Origin: an uncultured Pelagibacteraceae bacterium
GTDB taxonomy: Bacteria; Pseudomonadota; Alphaproteobacteria; Pelagibacterales; AG-422-B15
Direction of reading: 5' to 3'
Assembly: GCA_902523455.1 (NCBI GenBank)
Contig: CABYZG010000003.1
Location: forward strand, 1,625-65,624
Length of the DNA: 64,000 bases
Each line of letters begins with the position of its first letter. Position 1 is the first letter of the stretch. The position numbers were made by a program, and so were the translations under genes. Shown piece after piece: positions 58,145 through 64,000 of this stretch. The notes under the pieces were generated by a model. That model ran no database searches, was not told the DNA's origin, and saw only the letters and a program-made list of their open reading frames with translations.

Positions 58145-58374
58145 AACACCTACTCTCCATATTAATTTTATTAGTATTTGTTTCGTGTGATGCTTTTGAA
58201 AGCTATGATTCTTCATACGATAGAGGTTACGATGATGGCTATGCTTCAGGTTATAACACCACATGTAATATTAGAGCGACGTTAATTGCAGGAGATTGGA
58301 ATAATGACGGATATTCTGATGGCTATGATGATGGATACTACGATGGGTCAAAAAGCTGTCGGATTGATAACTAA
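58141..58374 (+). CDS. Hypothetical lipoprotein with GYDDGY repeats
   Basis: Lipobox FVSC; YDRGYDDGYASGY and YSDGYDDGYYDG. Confidence 0.7.
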   Translation: MKHLLSILILLVFVSCDAFESYDSSYDRGYDDGYASGYNTTCNIRATLIAGDWNNDGYSDGYDDGYYDGSKSCRIDN

Positions 58375-58379
58375 GTAAT

Positions 58380-58925
58380 TCAATACATAGAATCTATTAA
58401 TTTATCAATTAATCTATCATTAGCATCTTTTGTAAATAGAATTACTTCTAACAAAACGACAAATCCTTCTTCATCGCAAAATTTACTGTCTAACTGTGCG
58501 AGATTCTTTCTGCAATTAATTAAAATAGTCATTTCATTAAAAAAACTAACTCGATTGTCATCTATTGCTTTTTTAAATACTCTTGATGTTTTAACACCAA
58601 GGTCATCTTTAAATTTTCTATGAATGCTAGATAAAGTTTTGGTATACATAAAATAACAACCTAAGGCATCATCCATAACTATTTCTACATCTCGATGCCT
58701 TTTCTTTAAAATATCTTCATGCGTATCAGTCATACATCCATTTATTGAAACACCATACTTATCAGCTATGTCTTGAGAGTATTCAGGTGTCATTTTAAAC
58801 AAGTTAAACGTAAGTTCGTGGATTTTCTCTATATCGTATAAGATATTTTGAAATTCTTTTTCAGATATATTTGCAGCTTGCAATGTGGAGCTAAATAGCA
58901 AAATAAAAATCAGATATTTAATCAT
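58380..58925 (-). CDS. Hypothetical exported protein
   Basis: Signal peptide (STLQA), four Cys, helical. Confidence 0.65.
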   Translation of the reverse strand: MIKYLIFILLFSSTLQAANISEKEFQNILYDIEKIHELTFNLFKMTPEYSQDIADKYGVSINGCMTDTHEDILKKRHRDVEIVMDDALGCYFMYTKTLSSIHRKFKDDLGVKTSRVFKKAIDDNRVSFFNEMTILINCRKNLAQLDSKFCDEEGFVVLLEVILFTKDANDRLIDKLIDSMY

Positions 58926-58995
58926 CTTATTTATTAAAGATTATTCAGATATAGAAATGAATGAAGATTTCTTAAAAATTTCAAAGCGTTTTTTT

Positions 58996-59286
58996 TTAGT
59001 AGCATATTATTTCAACTTCACCATTATTAGCGTCAAATTTGAGCTTTGCATTTGTATCGGCTGGATCAAATTCAAAATACTGATCACCAATGTCTATTCT
59101 ACACTCATAACTTGAAATAGATCTACTTGGATAATCCCCGGTATTCCAGCCGGGTTTTTGATGACAATGATAACCGCCTGTTTTGTTATTATTGTGACAA
59201 CCCTGACCGTTAAGACCTCCAGAGTGTCCAAAAGATAAGTTGGTAAACAATAAGGAAATGAATAAAATTTTAAATAGATTTATCAT
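58996..59286 (-). CDS. YHYH-type His/Cys motif exported protein
   Basis: GHSGGLNGQGCHNNNKTGGYHCH after a signal peptide. Confidence 0.75.
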   Translation of the reverse strand: MINLFKILFISLLFTNLSFGHSGGLNGQGCHNNNKTGGYHCHQKPGWNTGDYPSRSISSYECRIDIGDQYFEFDPADTNAKLKFDANNGEVEIICY

Positions 59287-59595
59287 TTAAGGTTCACAAT
59301 GTATTTTTGTGTTTAATCCTTGAAGAACACCACCCCAAAAACCACTGCCAGAGCCCATCTCGTTATTCATTGCTTCTGCGCGTGCACAGGCTAACATTCG
59401 TTCCTCTTCTCTTTGTTCAAATAGCAACATTAAGCAATTAGCAAACGGATCTGTTCCGTATGTAAACCCAAACTTTTCACATTTAACGGTATCTTCCTCG
59501 AGTATTTTTTCAAAATCACGATGATCTGCTATTGAGGGAAAAGAAACATACATAAAAAATAATATAACAAATAATAATTTTTTACTGTAATTCAT
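59287..59595 (-). CDS. Hypothetical exported protein
   Basis: Signal peptide, CEKFGFTYGTDPFANC motif. Confidence 0.65.
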   Translation of the reverse strand: MNYSKKLLFVILFFMYVSFPSIADHRDFEKILEEDTVKCEKFGFTYGTDPFANCLMLLFEQREEERMLACARAEAMNNEMGSGSGFWGGVLQGLNTKIHCEP

Positions 59596-59618
59596 TAAGA
59601 TATCTTATCATAAAATTG

Positions 59619-59641
59619 TTATTAAGAAACTAGTCCAAAAC
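59619..59641 (+). repeat. 23-bp direct repeat, right copy
   Basis: TTATTAAGAAACTAGTCCAAAAC, identical to 57814-57836. Confidence 0.9.
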
Positions 59642-59761
59642 TACTATTAATTCCTATTAATTAATACTAACTACATTTAATTAGAGATGAATTTAAAGGA
59701 CTGATATGTTTAGTTAATTGTAATTGGTTGTAATTAAATTTACCCATATATGGGGGAATAG

Positions 59762-60538
59762 TTAAATAATTAAAATAATATAGAACATCCATACTGGAAT
59801 AAATAATATCCAATACCCATACATCCACATCATCCCGACTACTCCGCCCCAATCGTTACTCTCAAAAGATAATTTTCGATCATTAATTGAGCTTTTTAAT
59901 TCCACTTTAACTTTTGATAAATCCACTTTGAATTCTTGAGCCTTAATTTCAGGATTATCATTTATTCTTTTTGTTATAGATTTTAAATGCAGCACTTGCC
60001 ATGGTAGATATAAAGCTCCAAAAACTATGTTAATAATAATAAGTGAATGATGAGCATTTGATAGATCTAAGCTAAGCATGGCTATGCTTAAAATCGTATT
60101 AATTAAAAAAATTACAAACCATCCAAACTCTTCATAAAAGTAAAAACGTTCGTATTTTAAAAGTATTGCACCCCAACAAAAAAACTGTGAAATAATTACT
60201 TGGATAACCATTAACCAAGAAATTAAATCAACAAGCATATATTGATCAGAATTAATAACCCTGAGCACATAACTAAACATATAGATGTATATCACCTCAA
60301 CAATAGTTACTAAAAATCGTGTCACAAATACTGATGAAAGAATTGAGTCGATGATTACTGATTTAGAAGCATAATTTACAGGAAATAAACATCTAAATGC
60401 AGAAACTGAAATTAAAATTATAGCAGGAACAACAAGGAATAGGTCATTGCTAATGTTTGCTATTGTTAAAGAGGCCCAAAGTAGAAATAAATTAGAAATG
60501 ACACCTATTCTGAGTCCTTGTAGGAAATATTTGTACAT
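59762..60538 (-). CDS. Hypothetical membrane protein
   Basis: About 7 TM helices; no family recognised. Confidence 0.7.
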   Translation of the reverse strand: MYKYFLQGLRIGVISNLFLLWASLTIANISNDLFLVVPAIILISVSAFRCLFPVNYASKSVIIDSILSSVFVTRFLVTIVEVIYIYMFSYVLRVINSDQYMLVDLISWLMVIQVIISQFFCWGAILLKYERFYFYEEFGWFVIFLINTILSIAMLSLDLSNAHHSLIIINIVFGALYLPWQVLHLKSITKRINDNPEIKAQEFKVDLSKVKVELKSSINDRKLSFESNDWGGVVGMMWMYGYWILFIPVWMFYIILII

Positions 60539-60931
60539 CTAATGTGCTAATTTGTATTTGCCTGGGTGAACAGCTGATAAAATTAATAAACCCGCGATTA
60601 TTCCTGTATTTTTAACAAAATTTTGAAGTTCATGCCTCTGCTCCAAACCTTCACTCATATTCCAAAAATCATGCATATAATAATTTATTAGTATTGTCAG
60701 AAGCGCTAATACAAAGGCAGATAATTTTGAATAATAGCCTACTAAAATTGAAATTGAACATACACTTTGTAAAATTATTGTTATTATTAAAGATATTTCT
60801 GTATACGGCACTTGATGATCAAACATATAATTAAGAGTAAGTTCATAATTAAATAATTTGAATATTGCTCCAAAAACTAAAAAATAAATTCCAATTATTA
60901 TTCTTCCTAAAAGTAAATTAACATTACTCAT
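60539..60931 (-). CDS. DoxX family membrane protein
   Basis: LLGRII, HDFWNM, NFVKNTGIIAGLL. Confidence 0.85.
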   Translation of the reverse strand: MSNVNLLLGRIIIGIYFLVFGAIFKLFNYELTLNYMFDHQVPYTEISLIITIILQSVCSISILVGYYSKLSAFVLALLTILINYYMHDFWNMSEGLEQRHELQNFVKNTGIIAGLLILSAVHPGKYKLAH

Positions 60932-60932
60932 A

Positions 60933-61469
60933 TTAATCGTTCCAATTCATATACTTTTTACAGCCCGTAGGTACATCTTCAAAATAACTAAACCCTTCCT
61001 GCCAAATATAACCTGCTTTAAGACAGCATGAAAGTTTTTCATCTGTATCACTGTGAAAATCATAACACATTTTTTCTAAGGGGACTCTTTTTTGATAGTT
61101 AAATGTCTCAATTCCAAAAATTATAATCGAGCTGACTAATAGATATAAAATCCCAACACCTATGCTTAAAATTCTAAATTTAGATACTAATGGTATAAAA
61201 AATAAATAAAATAACGTTGGCACTGGAGCAAACATGACTACCAAAATGTATGATGCATAATTAGGTATAATAAACTGAACATTTAGTTCGTTTGTGTAGT
61301 AGTAGTCTATAAAAGGCAAATAAGATAAGTATGCTAAATAGAGAAGCCACAATAGAAGAAAAAAAGATTGAAAGCTTAATAGTTTGTTGTGCGATTTTCT
61401 TTGATGAAATAAATAATAAGGAAGTGAGTAATAGGCTATTATTTTTATTGTTAAGTAAATATAAAACAT
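60933..61469 (-). CDS. Hypothetical membrane protein
   Basis: About 4 TM helices plus a Cys-containing C-terminal tail. Confidence 0.6.
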   Translation of the reverse strand: MFYIYLTIKIIAYYSLPYYLFHQRKSHNKLLSFQSFFLLLWLLYLAYLSYLPFIDYYYTNELNVQFIIPNYASYILVVMFAPVPTLFYLFFIPLVSKFRILSIGVGILYLLVSSIIIFGIETFNYQKRVPLEKMCYDFHSDTDEKLSCCLKAGYIWQEGFSYFEDVPTGCKKYMNWND

Positions 61470-62539
61470 TATTTATTTACTAACTTCCAAATTCCACTAT
61501 CTTCATTGTCAATAATAACATAAATTTCGCCAGTACTATTTGTTTCTACATCGCGTACTCGACCAACTTTCTCAAATAACGTAGTTTCATTTCTTGCTTT
61601 TTTACCGTCAAATTCGAGTGAAATTAATCTTTGTGCTTTTAAACTGGTCACCAAAATTTTATTTTTTAATTCAGGAAACAAGTCTCCTCCATAAAACGTC
61701 ATGTCACTGACCGCAATTGATGGGACCCATGTATAAATTGGTTTTAAAAGTCCTTCTTTCCATGCACTCCCGTCACCAATAATTGAGCCATCATAATCAA
61801 TTCCTCCCCAAGCAACATCCGCCCAACCGTAGTTAGTTCCTGCCTCTACTTTACCAAAAAAATCACCACCTCTTGGCCCGTGATTTGTAATATATATTTC
61901 ACTATCATTTGGATAGAGCATTATGCCTTGAGGATTTCTAAGTCCTATTTGATAGATCTCAGGCAACCAATCCTCGTTCATTGAATATGGGTTATCCTTA
62001 GGTGCTGACCCATCTTTATTAATTCGTATCATTTTTCCAAAGTAACTTGTTGGATCTTGTGCAACACTTCCATAACCGCGCTCACCAATACTTGCATACA
62101 ATAAACCATCTTTAAACATTAGCCTTGATCCCCAATGAATGTTGTTCCATGAAGAACCTGATTGGAAAATATTTTCTATTTTACTAAAACTGTCGTTTTC
62201 AATAAAACCTCGAGCTATTGACGTGCTGGTTTTATCATCTCCTCTGTCTTCTGTATAACTAACAAAAATCTCACCATCCTCGTAAATAATATCTAGCATT
62301 CCAGCTTGCCAATGCGGTTGAACAACTTTTAAATTATGAGGATAATTTTTTACTTCTTTTGTTGATAAATTAATTTTTAAAATTTCACCTGATTTTTGTG
62401 TAAGAAATAATTCATTATCGTTAATAAAACTCATACCCCATGGCTTATTAAGACCAGAGATGACTTTTTCTAATTTGTATTCTGATGCATTTAAATTAAA
62501 TGTGAGTAAAATAAAGATTATTGAGATAAAAAATTTCAT
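61469..62539 (-). CDS. PQQ-dependent sugar dehydrogenase (glucose/sorbosone DH family)
   Basis: GLNKPWGMSF, HWGSRL, GERG, GLRNPQG, HGPRGGD, NYGW, RVRDV. Confidence 0.9.
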   Translation of the reverse strand: MKFFISIIFILLTFNLNASEYKLEKVISGLNKPWGMSFINDNELFLTQKSGEILKINLSTKEVKNYPHNLKVVQPHWQAGMLDIIYEDGEIFVSYTEDRGDDKTSTSIARGFIENDSFSKIENIFQSGSSWNNIHWGSRLMFKDGLLYASIGERGYGSVAQDPTSYFGKMIRINKDGSAPKDNPYSMNEDWLPEIYQIGLRNPQGIMLYPNDSEIYITNHGPRGGDFFGKVEAGTNYGWADVAWGGIDYDGSIIGDGSAWKEGLLKPIYTWVPSIAVSDMTFYGGDLFPELKNKILVTSLKAQRLISLEFDGKKARNETTLFEKVGRVRDVETNSTGEIYVIIDNEDSGIWKLVNK

Positions 62540-62544
62540 TATTA

Positions 62545-62928
62545 TTAATTTAATCTATTTACCGCATGCTCTTCTAATTGCTCTTTTGTAACAAAGTTTA
62601 AAGAATTTAAATGACAACTTTCAAGGTGTACTTTTGGCGCAACGCCTGCATCATATGCTTCTTTCCATCTCAAAGCACAAAGGCACCAGCGATCACCTTC
62701 TTTTAATCCAGGAAAATTGAATTCAGGTCTTGGCGTTGAGAGATCATTTCCTTTAGATTTACTAAATTCTAAAAAATCATCAGTCATTACTGCGCAAACT
62801 ACATGACTGCCATAATCGTGTTCGTCTGTATTGCAGAAACCATCTCTAAAATACCCAGTCATCGGATCATAGCAACAAGCTTCAATTTCATCACCGAATA
62901 TGTTAGTCACCCTCTCTTTTTCAGACAT
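62545..62928 (-). CDS. DUF2237 family protein
   Basis: PMTGYFRDGFC, GNDLSTPRPEFNFPGLKEGDRWCLCALRW. Confidence 0.93.
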   Translation of the reverse strand: MSEKERVTNIFGDEIEACCYDPMTGYFRDGFCNTDEHDYGSHVVCAVMTDDFLEFSKSKGNDLSTPRPEFNFPGLKEGDRWCLCALRWKEAYDAGVAPKVHLESCHLNSLNFVTKEQLEEHAVNRLN

Positions 62929-62937
62929 ACAAATTAC

Positions 62938-63153
62938 TTATACCAAAAGATATATATTACCAATTATAAACAAGGGAATTTGAAGTCCAAAATTTGTTAA
63001 TATTGCACGATCTGCCATCATATACCCTACCATTGTCCATCCAATCGCACCTGTTCCATGAACAAAAATATTTAAGGGATAAATATTTAAATTAGTCAGT
63101 AAAATACCAACCAAGATAAAAAAAGTGCTAGCCCACTTAAGTTGATTAATCAT
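62938..63153 (-). CDS. Small hypothetical membrane protein
   Basis: LKWAST, NIYPLN, DRAIL pattern. Confidence 0.6.
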   Translation of the reverse strand: MINQLKWASTFFILVGILLTNLNIYPLNIFVHGTGAIGWTMVGYMMADRAILTNFGLQIPLFIIGNIYLLV

Positions 63154-63248
63154 AATAATCCTTTCAAATAAATAGCTGAAAAATCTGCTTGATTTAAAAA
63201 GCTCTATAAAGTCTAATACTCAAATTATTTATAAATCTGGGAAAAACA

Positions 63249-64000
63249 ATGATTAAAACAAAAATTACTGAAATGTTTGATATAGAACATCCTATTGTAC
63301 AAGGCGGGATGCATTACGTTGGCTTTGCTGAAATGGCTGCCGCTGTTTCTAATGCAGGAGGCTTAGGAATAATAACCGGTCTTACTCAAGCCAGTCCAAA
63401 AGATCTTGCAAACGAAATAGCTCGTTGCAAAGAAATGACTGACAAGCCAATTGGTGTTAATTTGACTTTCCTTCCAGGTTTTGCAAACCCAGATTATCCT
63501 GGCTATATAGAGTCAATTGTAAAAGGTGGTGTAAAAATTGTAGAGACTGCCGGAAGAAGTCCTGAAAAATTTATGCCACTTCTTAAAGATGCTGGAATAA
63601 AAGTAATACATAAATGCACGTCTGTTAGACATGCACTCAAGGCAGAAAAAATTGGGTGTGACGCGGCGAGTGTTGACGGTTTTGAATGTGGTGGTCACCC
63701 TGGTGAAGATGATATTCCAAATATGATACTTTTACCTCGTGCTTTTGAAGAATTAAAAATTCCTTTTATTGCTTCTGGTGGTATGGGGAATGGCCAACAA
63801 TTAGTTGCTGCCCTTGCAATGGGAGCAGAAGGTGTAAATATGGGAACACGCTTTATTGCAACAAAAGAAGCTCCTGTACACCAGAATGTGAAAGAAGCTT
63901 TGGTTAATGCAAGTGAACTCGATACTGAACTAATTATGCGTCCATTAAGAAATACTGAAAGAGTATTAAAAAATGATGCAGTTACAAAAATACTCGAAAA
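63249..64000 (+). CDS. Nitronate monooxygenase / FabK-like flavin oxidoreductase (3'-partial, not in ORF track)
   Basis: Hand translation MIKTKITEMFDIEHPIVQGGMHYVG...SNAGGLG...VETAG...IHKCTSVRHA...ECGGHPGE...ASGG...MGTRF. Confidence 0.92.
   Translation, partial: MIKTKITEMFDIEHPIVQGGMHYVGFAEMAAAVSNAGGLGIITGLTQASPKDLANEIARCKEMTDKPIGVNLTFLPGFANPDYPGYIESIVKGGVKIVETAGRSPEKFMPLLKDAGIKVIHKCTSVRHALKAEKIGCDAASVDGFECGGHPGEDDIPNMILLPRAFEELKIPFIASGGMGNGQQLVAALAMGAEGVNMGTRFIATKEAPVHQNVKEALVNASELDTELIMRPLRNTERVLKNDAVTKILE

Noticed and set aside
59603-59630. dif-like Xer site next to the right repeat (CATAA-aattg-TTAT)
   Set aside because: The spacer is 5 rather than 6 bp and the XerD arm does not match TTATGTTAAAT

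Overview
AT-rich, tightly packed bacterial chromosome segment. Gene content and the mfd-sdhE-recG-DUF502 synteny point to a streamlined marine alphaproteobacterium (inference). About 1-20 kb is mostly housekeeping and metabolic genes plus tRNA-Ser(TGA). About 20.5-53.6 kb is a ~33 kb phosphorus-starvation superlocus: phnX, a CX5R phosphatase plus phnZ, phnCDEE, an ArsK-like MFS, phnF, C-P lyase phnGHIJKLN/DUF1045/phnM, aquaporin-arsC coupled to phoB-phoU-pstBACS, YwaF-phoR-ppx-ppk1, sixA, a DUF3576 lipoprotein, a porin, and the plcP-agt lipid-remodelling pair. Several readable 11-bp-periodic Pho boxes accompany these genes. After that come a partial livHMG transporter, a 1.8 kb cassette of small exported proteins bounded by a perfect 23-bp direct repeat, and more housekeeping genes. 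The best candidates for something undescribed are: (i) arsenic-safeguard genes apparently paired with each P-uptake module; (ii) a putative PhoB-driven sRNA divergent from plcP with a CCUCC anti-SD loop; (iii) a ~170-nt structured RNA/sORF with 15-nt complementarity to the 16S 3' tail; (iv) a naturally minimised 788-aa Mfd; (v) the repeat-bounded cassette. All family calls come from motif recognition by eye. No database search was run.
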